Origin: Gaiellaceae bacterium
GTDB taxonomy: Bacteria; Actinomycetota; Thermoleophilia; Gaiellales; Gaiellaceae
NCBI GenBank assembly: GCA_035651195.1
Contig: DASRGD010000051.1
Location: 27,476 to 91,475 of the forward strand
DNA length: 64,000 nucleotides
Direction: 5' to 3'
Part shown: piece by piece, positions 26,956 through 35,699 of the stretch
How positions within the stretch are numbered: position 1 is the first letter of the stretch
How the letters are laid out: each line of letters starts with the position of its first letter
Translations under genes and position numbers: made by a program
Notes under the pieces: generated by a model
The model's database searches: none
The model's input: the letters and a program-made list of their open reading frames with translations, nothing else
Told to the model about the DNA's origin: nothing

Positions 26956-27993
26956 GTGGTTTTCGCGACCGAGCTCTGGGCTGCGGTCGGCGCGCTGATC
27001 GATCGTGCCTCGGTGGACGGCGTCGTCGTGCACAAGCTCGCCCCCCTCGCCGCCGGCCGACGCCGCGCAGCCGGCGAGCCCGTACCCGAAGCGCTCGCCG
27101 CGGAGGAGCGCGCGGCGTCGTTCGCAGCCCTGAGCGCCACCGCGCTCCTCGGCCGCATCCGGGAGCTCGGCGAGGGGCCGATCGTGCTCCTCAAGGGCCC
27201 CGAGGTCGCCGCGCTCTACCCGCAGAACGGGCGTCGGTTCGGAGACGTCGACGTGCTCACGCCGGATGCGGCCGCGCTGCACCGGGCGCTCCGCGAGCAC
27301 GGGTTCGTCGACGTGGACACGAAGGGATTCGAGCCGCTCGAGCACCACCATCTGCCGCCGCTGCGCTGGCCGGTCGTGCCGCTCGTCGTCGAGGTCCACG
27401 CGTCGCCGAACTGGCCGCGCGGGATGCACGCGCCACCGCTCGCCGAGATCCTCGAGGCCGCGGTGCCGTCGATCGTCGGGGTGAAAGGGATCTCGGCGCC
27501 GCGCCCGCTCCACCATGCGCTTCTCCTCACCGCGCATGCATGGGCGCACGGGCCGTTGCAGACGCTGCGCGATCTGGTGGACGTGGCGGCTCTCGCCGCC
27601 GGCGAGGAGCGCGCCGAGCTCGACCGCCTCGCGGCGGCGTGGGGCATCCGTCGCGTCTGGCGGACGACGCGGCAAGCCGTGGACGCGCTCTTCGCCGGCG
27701 GCCCGCGCCCGGCGGCGCTGCGCATCTGGGCGCGCCACCTGAACGCGGTCCGCGAGCGAACGGTCTTCGAGAACCACCTCCAGGCGGCCCTGCACCCGTT
27801 CTGGGGGCGGCCGCTCGCGCCGGCGCTGCTCGAGTCGATGGCGGCGATTCGCACCGACCTCGTCCCCGCCCCCGGCGAGAGCTGGAAGACGAAGCTGCAA
27901 CGAATCCCGCGCGCGGTGCGCGAGGCCCGGATGCCGGTCAGCCAGCGGCCGCAGGCGACTGCGGAGGAGATTTCGTCAGGATCGACCGGATAA
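26956..27993 (+). CDS. PF14907-like uncharacterised nucleotidyltransferase family protein
   Basis: The block GPIVLLKGPEVAALYPQNGRRFGDVDVLTPDAAALHRALREHGF fits the nucleotidyltransferase GxxxDxD-type core. It resembles the C-terminal half of ORF 20198..22912. It is divergent from the PqqD-like gene (78-bp gap). The GTG 26956 start is tentative. Confidence 0.55.
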   Translation: MVFATELWAAVGALIDRASVDGVVVHKLAPLAAGRRRAAGEPVPEALAAEERAASFAALSATALLGRIRELGEGPIVLLKGPEVAALYPQNGRRFGDVDVLTPDAAALHRALREHGFVDVDTKGFEPLEHHHLPPLRWPVVPLVVEVHASPNWPRGMHAPPLAEILEAAVPSIVGVKGISAPRPLHHALLLTAHAWAHGPLQTLRDLVDVAALAAGEERAELDRLAAAWGIRRVWRTTRQAVDALFAGGPRPAALRIWARHLNAVRERTVFENHLQAALHPFWGRPLAPALLESMAAIRTDLVPAPGESWKTKLQRIPRAVREARMPVSQRPQATAEEISSGSTG

Positions 27994-28044
27994 CTTCCGG
28001 CTCGTAGTTGCAGTTGTCCGTGCTGTTTGCTTGGCTAGTCCTGC

Positions 28045-29208
28045 GTGGCGAGATTCGCCCGAGCCGTCGTGCTGGGCGCGGTCGCGTTGCTGCTGCTCGC
28101 GGCGGCCGCCGGTGCACAGGGAACGGCCCACACCCTGGCCGGGACGGGCGTGCTCAGCCTCGGCGGCGGTCTCGCGACCGGGTCGAACCGAGCTTCGCTG
28201 CTGATGGTCTCGACCGCCAGCGCCTCGGCCGCCGCGCGCCAGAAGGGTCGGTCGCTCGTCTACTTCGCCGGGACCGACGTGAACACGGAGTGGAACACGG
28301 GCGTCCCGTACGCGGAAGCCGCGCGACACGGCTGGCTGCTGAAGGACGCCTCCGGCGACCTGCTCGTGAACAGCCGCTACCCGTCGAACTACGTCGGCGA
28401 CGTCGGCAACCCGCAGTACCAGCGGGCATGGCTGCGAAACGTGCTCGCGTTCCTTGCGCGGCACCACGACGACGGCGTCCTGATCGACGACGTGCTGTAC
28501 GACCTCGAGCCGCTCACCGAGACCGAGGCGTCGGCGTACCCGACGCAGCAGGCGTGGGCGGCGGCGCAGCTGTCGTTCATCCGCGCCGTCGGGCCGGCGC
28601 TCCGTTCCAGGGGGTACTACGTGCTCGTGAACGCGGCCGGCTACGTTCCGGGCGACGCTCGCAGCGACACCGGAGCGAACACCGCCACGTGGTGGCGCGA
28701 GCTCGCGCCGTACGTGAGCGGGTTCATGAACGAGTACTTCGCCGAGACTCCCGACGGCAACGGCACGCTCCGATCGACCGGCGGCTCGTGGAGCCAGAAC
28801 TGGGACGGGTGGCAACGGCTCGTACGCGTGGCGCAGTCGGTCGGCCGCGACTTCGTCGGCGTCACCTACGGAGACCCCGGGGACACCCGAGCGATGAGCT
28901 ACGCCAAGGCGTCGTTCCTGCTCGACTGGAACGGCGGCGGCGGTGCCTTCGTCTTCGACGCGACCGAGGGCCGGGACGCGTGGAACAGCGCCTGGACGCA
29001 GAACATCGGCCTGCCTCTGGACGCGAAGCGGCGCGTCGGCTCCGGCTGGCTTCGCCGGTACAGCGCGGGCCTCGTGCTGATCAACCCGTCGCCGACGAGC
29101 ACGCAGAGCTTTGTCCTGCCCGGCCGCTACGTGACCGCGGACGGCCAGGTCGTGACGTCGGCGACGCTGCCGCCGACCCAGGCGCTCATCCTTCAGGCTG
29201 CCGCGTGA
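28045..29208 (+). CDS. Secreted GHL15/GH114-like glycoside-hydrolase-like protein (paralog 2 of 3)
   Basis: Signal peptide MARFARAVVLGAVALLLLAAAAGAQG. It has the same conserved blocks as paralogs 1 and 3. Confidence 0.6.
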   Translation: MARFARAVVLGAVALLLLAAAAGAQGTAHTLAGTGVLSLGGGLATGSNRASLLMVSTASASAAARQKGRSLVYFAGTDVNTEWNTGVPYAEAARHGWLLKDASGDLLVNSRYPSNYVGDVGNPQYQRAWLRNVLAFLARHHDDGVLIDDVLYDLEPLTETEASAYPTQQAWAAAQLSFIRAVGPALRSRGYYVLVNAAGYVPGDARSDTGANTATWWRELAPYVSGFMNEYFAETPDGNGTLRSTGGSWSQNWDGWQRLVRVAQSVGRDFVGVTYGDPGDTRAMSYAKASFLLDWNGGGGAFVFDATEGRDAWNSAWTQNIGLPLDAKRRVGSGWLRRYSAGLVLINPSPTSTQSFVLPGRYVTADGQVVTSATLPPTQALILQAAA

Positions 29209-29770
29209 CGACAGGTCGAAGACGCTCCGCCGGCAACGGGGCGAGCGCGGCGGCGAGCGCGTGCGTGACGGCGTCGATCACCCGCGCGACCTCCGCGAAC
29301 ACCTGTCGCGACTCGCCGATCGGGTCGGCCAGGATGGCGCTGCCCCGTGGGCGGGCGTCCCGCAGCCGGCCGAGTTCGGCGATCACCTGACGGGCGTGCC
29401 GAGCGCCGGAGCCGCTCGGGACGGCTAGGCGGTCGAGCAGCTCGGGCAGCTCGAGGAGAAGGAAGACGCGCTCTGTGCGGGCTTGACCCACCTCGACGGC
29501 AGCAGCTGCGTGCGACGGCTCGAAGCCGATCACCAGGTCGTCGTCGACGAGTAGCCCTCGCCGAAGGGCGCGCGCGCGATGCGCGCTCAGGTCGACGCCG
29601 AGCGCAGCCGCGACCGCGATCGCATCCGGCAACGCCGGCATTCCCTCGACGTCGAGCGTGCCGTACGACGACACCGCGAGCGGCGCGCCGCCGAGATGCC
29701 GACGAAGGAGCGCAGCCGCGAGCGGGCTCCGGGCTCGGTTGCCGGTACAGACGAATGCGACCCGGAGCAG
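29186..29770 (-). CDS. Low-molecular-weight protein-tyrosine phosphatase (Wzb-like); start codon unresolved
   Basis: Hand translation upstream of the track ORF gives RRPLLRVAFVCTGNRARSPLAAALLRR (CX5R(S) P-loop), and a DP motif (ILADPIG) lies downstream. Only a CTG (29768-29770) lies in frame upstream of the P-loop. The first GTG (29674) lies after it. Confidence 0.65.
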   Translation of the reverse strand: MLRVAFVCTGNRARSPLAAALLRRHLGGAPLAVSSYGTLDVEGMPALPDAIAVAAALGVDLSAHRARALRRGLLVDDDLVIGFEPSHAAAAVEVGQARTERVFLLLELPELLDRLAVPSGSGARHARQVIAELGRLRDARPRGSAILADPIGESRQVFAEVARVIDAVTHALAAALAPLPAERLRPVVTRQPEG

Positions 29771-29777
29771 CGGGCGC

Positions 29778-30362
29778 CTACGAGTCCGACCGCGCGACGC
29801 CTCGGCGCAGGACGAACCCCAACGCGAAGAGCGCGAGGCCGGCGAGCACGAACTTGAGTAGCGAGAGCCCCGTGAACGGGAGCGTCGGCGCGCTCGGCGC
29901 CGGCGTCGGCTTGGGCGCCGCGGGCGTCTGCTTGGCCGCCACGTGCCTGGGCGCCGCGGCCACCGCCGGGACGCGCGGGGGCGGCGTCGTCTTCGGCGGC
30001 GTGAACGGCTTGGTCGGCGTGACGGAGGTCGGAGCGGGCGTCGTCGGCGCGGCCGCAGGCGGCGTCGCCGGAGCGAGCGTTGTCGGTAGCGGGCTCGTCG
30101 GAACGGGAGTCACCGCCGGCGTGATCGCGGGAGGCGGCGTCTCGGGAGGCGGCGTCAGCACCTGCTGCTGCAGGTACTGGTCGTCGGCCGCCGTGATCGG
30201 GGTGTCCGTCGCGGCCGCCCGCGCCTGCCCTGCGAACGCGGCGAACGCGACCGTCGTCAGCGCGGCGACCGCGAGCGTCGCAACCGCCGTCCGAGGTCTC
30301 CGCCGATCCTCGCGACCGCTGCGGCTGGTTGACGATGATTCATTCCGACGTACCCTAGGCAT
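29778..30362 (-). CDS. Pro/Thr/Ala-rich secreted protein with a C-terminal LPFTG sortase sorting signal
   Basis: This is the last 194 aa of track ORF 29778..31946. It has a signal peptide (...AVAALTTVAFAAFAGQARA), a low-complexity P/T/A stalk, LPFTG (29868-29882), a hydrophobic segment, and an RRGVARSDS tail. Confidence 0.75.
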   Translation of the reverse strand: MPRVRRNESSSTSRSGREDRRRPRTAVATLAVAALTTVAFAAFAGQARAAATDTPITAADDQYLQQQVLTPPPETPPPAITPAVTPVPTSPLPTTLAPATPPAAAPTTPAPTSVTPTKPFTPPKTTPPPRVPAVAAAPRHVAAKQTPAAPKPTPAPSAPTLPFTGLSLLKFVLAGLALFALGFVLRRGVARSDS

Positions 30363-30428
30363 AATGGCCTCCGTACCCGCTGCTCCTGATACTAATCCAG
30401 CTCGGGCCCAGACGATCGGGGGGACTTT

Positions 30429-32057
30429 GTGATCGACGCGCAGACCGAGGCGGGCGCGCAGCAGCGTGGGCTGACGGACTACCTGCGGATCCTGAGGCGT
30501 CGGAAGTGGTACGTCCTCGCGACCACGGTCCTGGTCGTCGCGCTCTCGGTCGCCTTCGCGCTCCGCCAGCCGAAGGAGTACCGAGCACGGTCGCAGGTGC
30601 TGCTGACGCGGAGCGACATCGCCGCGGTCGTCACGGGGGCACCGCAGGATCCGGCGCTGTCGGAGGATCCGGCCCGCTATGCACAGACGCAGGCGACGAT
30701 CGCTCGCAGCGGCGCGATCGCCGCGCTCGCGCTCAAGAACGCGCGCGTTTCCGACCTGACGCCGTCCGGGTTGCTCGGGGAGTCGTCGGTCACCCCGAGC
30801 GCGACGGCCGACGTGCTCGACTTCGTCGTCCACGATCGCGACCAGGCAAGGGCCGCTCAGCTCGTGAACGCGTACGCAGACGCGTTCGTCACCTACAAGC
30901 TCGGCCTCGACACGAACGCGCTGTTCCGCGCCCGGCAGCAACTGAACCAGCAGCTCACGAGGTTGCGCGCGCTCCGCCTCCAGGCGACGCCGCAGTATCG
31001 CGACCTCCTGAACAGCGAGCAGCAGCTGCACACGATGCAGCTCCTCCAGTCGCAGGACGCCGTCCTCACCCATCCAACCGCGGGTGTGCAGGTGAAGCCG
31101 ACGCCGAAGCGCGACGGGCTGCTGGGGCTCGGCTTCGGCCTCGTGCTCGGACTCGGGCTCGCGTTCGCGGCCGAGGCGCTCGACCGGCGCGTGCGCACCG
31201 AGGAGGAGGTCGAGCACGCGCTCGCGCTTCCGCTCCTCGGCCGCGTGCCCGCCCCACCGCGACAGCTGCGCGCGGGTGTCGCGATGCTCGACGAGCCGCG
31301 AGGCTCGTACGCCGAGGCGATCCGGCGGCTCGCGACGAGCATCGTCTTCTCGAACCCCGACCGGGACGCGGAGGTGCTGACGTTCACGAGCGCCCTGCAG
31401 CAGGAGGGGAAGTCGACGACGGTGGCCAATCTCGGCGTCGCGCTCGCCGCGAGCGGCAACGAGGTCGCGGTGGTCGACCTCGACCTTCGGCAGCCCGCGC
31501 TCGCGACGCTGTTCCACATCCATCGGCTGACCGGGCTCACGGACGTCGCAGTCGGCAGGACGCAGCTCGACGACGCGCTCGTCCGCGTCGAGCTGCCCGA
31601 CCTCGACCGCGGGCAACCCGGAGGCGACGCCGTGCAGGCGTCCTCGCCCGGAGCGCTGTACGTGTTGCCGACCGGGCCCCTGCCCGTGAACCCCGGCGAG
31701 TTCGTCGCGTCCGACGCCGTCGCCGCGCGCGTGCTCGTACCGCTCCGCCAGCGGTTCGACTACGTCCTCGTCGACACGCCGCCGATCTCCGTGGTCGGCG
31801 ACGCCGCGCGGCTGTCGGCCCGGACGGACGGGATCGTCGTCGTGTCGCGCCTCGGACTCGTGCACCGTTCCGCGCTCCACGACCTGAAGCGGCAACTCGC
31901 CGCGGCACCGGTGACCCCGCTCGGAGTCGTCGCCGCCGGCGTCCACGTTCCCTCCGTCGACGGCTACGCGCGTTACGCCGACCGCGGACAGCTCGCCGCA
32001 CGGTCACGGAACGGAAGGGGCGACAGGTCGCGCCTCTCGCGTCGCGTCCGCGCGTAG
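30429..32057 (+). CDS. Wzc-like chain-length determinant fused to a BY-kinase (Wzz domain + CpsD/CapB-type P-loop)
   Basis: Two TM segments flank a coiled periplasmic-type domain. Walker A is ALQQEGKSTT, A' is VVDLDLRQP and B is YVLVDTPP. GTG start. Confidence 0.85.
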   Translation: MIDAQTEAGAQQRGLTDYLRILRRRKWYVLATTVLVVALSVAFALRQPKEYRARSQVLLTRSDIAAVVTGAPQDPALSEDPARYAQTQATIARSGAIAALALKNARVSDLTPSGLLGESSVTPSATADVLDFVVHDRDQARAAQLVNAYADAFVTYKLGLDTNALFRARQQLNQQLTRLRALRLQATPQYRDLLNSEQQLHTMQLLQSQDAVLTHPTAGVQVKPTPKRDGLLGLGFGLVLGLGLAFAAEALDRRVRTEEEVEHALALPLLGRVPAPPRQLRAGVAMLDEPRGSYAEAIRRLATSIVFSNPDRDAEVLTFTSALQQEGKSTTVANLGVALAASGNEVAVVDLDLRQPALATLFHIHRLTGLTDVAVGRTQLDDALVRVELPDLDRGQPGGDAVQASSPGALYVLPTGPLPVNPGEFVASDAVAARVLVPLRQRFDYVLVDTPPISVVGDAARLSARTDGIVVVSRLGLVHRSALHDLKRQLAAAPVTPLGVVAAGVHVPSVDGYARYADRGQLAARSRNGRGDRSRLSRRVRA

Positions 32058-32065
32058 CCGCGGCA

Positions 32066-34000
32066 GTGCAGCGGCGGAGCCTGGCGCGGCCCGAGACGCT
32101 CGTCGCGGCCGCGTTTGCCGCGCTCGCCGTCGCGCTCGTCGTCCGCGACCAAGGAGGCTACTTCGCGCCTTCGTGGGGCTGGAGCACGCTCGCGTTCCTC
32201 GGCCTCGTCGCGACGTGGCTGGTCGCGAGCGGCCGGACCGACGCCGGCCGCTACGACGTCGCCTTTCTCGCCGCGTTACTGGCCCTGACGGCGTGGGTCG
32301 CCCTCTCGATCGCCTGGTCAGTCGACCGCGCGCAGTCCGTCCTCGAGCTCGAGCGCGGGCTCGTCCCCCTCGCCGGCTGCGGCGCCTTGCTCGCGTTCGC
32401 GCGCCGACGCGGGCTGAGCACGCTCGTCCCGGCCCTCGTCGCCGCGATCACGGCGATCTGCGGCTACTCGCTCTCGACCCGGCTTGCACCTGCCGCCGGC
32501 GCATTTCGACCGCGCGATCCGGTCGCGGGATACCGCCTGTTCGAGCCGGTCGGCTACTGGAACGGGCTCGGCGTCTTCGCCGTGCTCGGGATCCTGCTCG
32601 CGCTCGGGCTTGCGACCGATCCGAACGGCGCGCTCACGTCGCGCCTGCTCGGCGCGGCCGCGCTCGTGCCGCTGCCCGTCACGCTCTTCTTCACGTTCAG
32701 CCGCGGCGCCTGGGTGGCGCTCGCGTTCGGGCTGCTGGTCGCGGTCGCGACCTCGCCGCGGCGGCTCCGCTTCACCGTCGAAGCTGCGATATTCGCCCTC
32801 GCGCCGGCCGGCGCCGTCGTCCTCGCCGACCGCGCGGGGCCGCTGACCCACGAGAACGCGACGCTCGCCGCGGCAACGCACGCGGGCCACCGTCTGGCCG
32901 TCGCGCTCCTCCTCCTCGCCGTCGCCGCCGCCGTCGTCGTGCCGCTCGTACGCCGGCTCGAACGGCGTCTGCGGGTGAGCGCGAGCGTGCAGCGCCGTTG
33001 CGCGTTCGCGCTCGTCGCCGCTGCCGTGCTCGCGCTCGGGCTCGGGCTCGTCCACGGCGGCGGGCCGGTCGCCCAGGCCGATCGCGCATACGACTCGTTC
33101 GTGGATCCCCTGCCGCCGCCGCCGACGAACGACCTCACGACCCGGCTCGTCAGCCTGAACGGGAACGGCCGAGCGCAGCTGTGGAGCGTCGCGGTCGGCT
33201 CGCTGCACGGACGCTGGGCGATCGGGCGCGGCGCCGGGAGCTTCGAGCGCACCTGGGAGCAGAGCCCGAAGGCGAACGAGGTCGTTCGCGACGCGCACGG
33301 CCTCTACGTCGAGACGCTGTCCGAGCTCGGAGCCGTCGGCCTCGCACTGCTCGTGATCGTGCTCGCCATTCCGCTCGTGGCGGGCCTCCGCCGGCGGGCG
33401 GCCCCCCTCGTGCCGGCGATCGCCGCCGCGTACGGCGCCTTCCTCCTCCACCTCGGCGTCGACTGGGACTGGGAGCTCTCGGGCGTCGCTCTGACCGGCC
33501 TCTTCGTCGGCTGCCTGTTGCTCGTGGCGCGCCGCGACGACGCCGAGCGGAGCGTCCCGGCTCGGTTGCGCGCCGCCGGCACCGCTGCCGCCGTCGCCGC
33601 GGCCGCGTTCGCGTTCGTCGGGCTCGCGGGCAACAACGCGCTCGCGGACGCGCAGGCCGCCAACCGCACGCACCGGTACGCGAAGGCCGCAACTGCCGCG
33701 AGCGTGGCCCGGCGCTGGATGCCGTGGTCGCCGGCGCCGCTCAAGGCGCTCGGCGAGGCGCGGCTGGAACGAGGCGACACCGCGGGCGCGCGTGCGAGCT
33801 TCCTGGCCGCGGTCTCGGTCGACCCGAACGATTGGCAGTCGTGGCTCGACCTCGCGGCGACCGTCGGCGGCGACGCACGCCGCCGCGCCGTCGAGCGCGC
33901 GCGGAGGCTCTACCCGACGAGCCCCGAGATCAGCGAGTTCGTCCAGCGCGCTGGCGTCGGCGGCGGCGACGCGGCCGCGGTCGCGGGCGTCAACCCGTAG
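32066..34000 (+). CDS. O-antigen ligase/polymerase-family (Wzy_C) membrane protein with a C-terminal TPR-like soluble domain
   Basis: Multi-TM with the Wzy_C hallmark FTFSRGAW. The last ~130 aa are helical-repeat-like (ARLERGDTAGARASFLAAVSVDPNDWQSWLDLA). The GTG at 32066 lies 9 nt after the Wzc stop. The earlier part of track ORF 30506..34000 is an off-frame artefact. Confidence 0.75.
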   Translation: MQRRSLARPETLVAAAFAALAVALVVRDQGGYFAPSWGWSTLAFLGLVATWLVASGRTDAGRYDVAFLAALLALTAWVALSIAWSVDRAQSVLELERGLVPLAGCGALLAFARRRGLSTLVPALVAAITAICGYSLSTRLAPAAGAFRPRDPVAGYRLFEPVGYWNGLGVFAVLGILLALGLATDPNGALTSRLLGAAALVPLPVTLFFTFSRGAWVALAFGLLVAVATSPRRLRFTVEAAIFALAPAGAVVLADRAGPLTHENATLAAATHAGHRLAVALLLLAVAAAVVVPLVRRLERRLRVSASVQRRCAFALVAAAVLALGLGLVHGGGPVAQADRAYDSFVDPLPPPPTNDLTTRLVSLNGNGRAQLWSVAVGSLHGRWAIGRGAGSFERTWEQSPKANEVVRDAHGLYVETLSELGAVGLALLVIVLAIPLVAGLRRRAAPLVPAIAAAYGAFLLHLGVDWDWELSGVALTGLFVGCLLLVARRDDAERSVPARLRAAGTAAAVAAAAFAFVGLAGNNALADAQAANRTHRYAKAATAASVARRWMPWSPAPLKALGEARLERGDTAGARASFLAAVSVDPNDWQSWLDLAATVGGDARRRAVERARRLYPTSPEISEFVQRAGVGGGDAAAVAGVNP

Positions 34001-34142
34001 CGATTTTGTAAAGCTCGCCGAAAGCTCGCCTTCTGGCGAGGATTCAACCCTCGTCGATCGGGATATAGTCCGAAGAAAGACTGCGGACGGGGGCGAGAGG
34101 GATGACGAGGGCGCGTCGATCCACTATGCGGATGGACCGAAG

Positions 34143-35699
34143 GTGGGCCGCGACGGGCGGCGCAGGCGGCGGTCACGATTGCTCCGTGACGCGGTGACGG
34201 ACACCGGGGCGACCTCCTCCGACGCGGTCGTCGCGTCGGTGCGTGTGCCCCTGCGTCGCGCAGCCGAGGCCGCGTACGACGGAGCACGTTCTCGAAGCAT
34301 CAGGCGAAAGCTCGTGCGGCGCGCGCTCGCCGCCGCCGACGCGGTCGGGCTGACGCTCGCGTACGCGGCGGCGGCGACCGCCGACAGAGGAGTCGCCGGC
34401 GGCTGGAGCGCGACGGTCTTCGTGCTGACGCTGCCGGTCTGGCTGGCCGCCGCGCACGCCTACGGGCTGTACGACGACGACCACCGCCGGCCGGAGCACT
34501 CGACCCTCGACGAGCTCGGTCGGCTCGTCCACCTGGTCACCCTCGGCACCTGGTGCGCGCTCGTCGCGATCTGGGCGCTCTCGCACCACGTGCCCGCGGC
34601 GGGAGCGATCGTGTTCTGGACGACGGCGCTCGTCGCCGTCGTCGCCGCGCGCGCGACGATCCGCGCCGGCGTTCGCCGTCACCGCTCCTACGCCCAGCGG
34701 ACGCTCATCGTCGGCGCGGGCGAGGTCGGCCAGCTCGTCGCGCGGAAGCTCGTCCAGCATCCCGAGTGGGGTCTGCGCGTCGTGGGCTTCCTCGACGCTC
34801 AGCCGCGTCCGATCCGAGCCGAGCTCGAGAACGTGCCCGTCCTCGGAACCCCGAGCGACCTCGTCGAGGCCCTCCGGCAGGCGCAGGTCGACCGCGTCAT
34901 CGTCGCGTTCTCCGGCGAGTCCCACCAGCGTCTCGTCGAGCTCGTCCGCTCCGCTCGCAAGGAAGGCGTCGACGTCGACGTCGTCCCGCGGCTCTTCGAG
35001 ACGCTCGGGCCTCTCGGCGACCTCCATCTCCTCGAGGGCCTGCCGCTCGTCAACCTCCTCGCCTCGAAGTCGACGCGGCTCGACCGGGCGCTGAAGCGCA
35101 CGCTCGACCTCGCCGTCGGCGGCATGCTCCTCGTGCTCGCCCTTCCGCTCTTCGCGTGGATCGCCTGGCGCATCAAGCGCGACTCTCGCGGGCCCGTTCT
35201 GTTTCGCCAGGTCCGGCTCGGCGAGGGCGGGCGGCCCTTCACGCTCCTGAAGTTCAGGACGATGGCGACGGACGCCGAAGAGGCGCCGCATCGCGACTAC
35301 GTCCGGCAGATCATGAACGCCGGCGCGTCGCCGAACGGCAACGGCCTCTACAAGCTCGACCGCAGCGACGACGTCACGCCGTTCGGCGCCTGGCTTCGGC
35401 GCACGAGCCTGGACGAGCTGCCGCAGCTCGTGAACGTCGTTCGCGGCGAGATGTCGCTCGTCGGGCCGCGGCCGTGCATCTCCTACGAGACCGAGCTCTT
35501 CGAGCCGCACCACTTCGACCGGTTTCTCGTCCCGGCGGGGATGACCGGCCTCTGGCAGGTGGCGGCGCGCGCCCGCGCGACGTTCAAGGAGGCGCTCGAC
35601 CTCGACGCCGCGTACGCGCAGAGCTGGTCGCTTCGGCTCGACTTGTGGCTGCTCGTGCGGACACCGCTCGCGCTCCTGCGGGGGAGGACGACGACGTGA
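34143..35699 (+). CDS. Polyprenyl-phosphate glycosyl-1-phosphate transferase (WbaP/CpsE-type priming sugar transferase)
   Basis: N-terminal TM segments, a central Rossmann-like region (LIVGAGEVG), and a C-terminal bacterial sugar-transferase domain ([32 protein letters not shown]). The start is uncertain (GTG 34143, 34194 or 34239). Confidence 0.85.
   Translation: MGRDGRRRRRSRLLRDAVTDTGATSSDAVVASVRVPLRRAAEAAYDGARSRSIRRKLVRRALAAADAVGLTLAYAAAATADRGVAGGWSATVFVLTLPVWLAAAHAYGLYDDDHRRPEHSTLDELGRLVHLVTLGTWCALVAIWALSHHVPAAGAIVFWTTALVAVVAARATIRAGVRRHRSYAQRTLIVGAGEVGQLVARKLVQHPEWGLRVVGFLDAQPRPIRAELENVPVLGTPSDLVEALRQAQVDRVIVAFSGESHQRLVELVRSARKEGVDVDVVPRLFETLGPLGDLHLLEGLPLVNLLASKSTRLDRALKRTLDLAVGGMLLVLALPLFAWIAWRIKRDSRGPVLFRQVRLGEGGRPFTLLKFRTMATDAEEAPHRDYVRQIMNAGASPNGNGLYKLDRSDDVTPFGAWLRRTSLDELPQLVNVVRGEMSLVGPRPCISYETELFEPHHFDRFLVPAGMTGLWQVAARARATFKEALDLDAAYAQSWSLRLDLWLLVRTPLALLRGRTTT

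Noticed and set aside
26907-28007. 366-aa plus-strand ORF overlapping the nucleotidyltransferase-like gene in another frame
   Set aside because: It is Arg/Gly/Ala-dominated with no motifs. The alternative frame (26956..27993) has a sensible composition and resembles the C-terminal domain of ORF 20198..22912.
29778-31946. 722-aa track ORF taken at face value
   Set aside because: Only the last 194 aa (from MPRVRRNESS at 30362) look real: signal peptide, stalk and LPFTG. The upstream ~520 aa are antisense to the well-supported Wzc-like gene and are Arg/Asp-rich.
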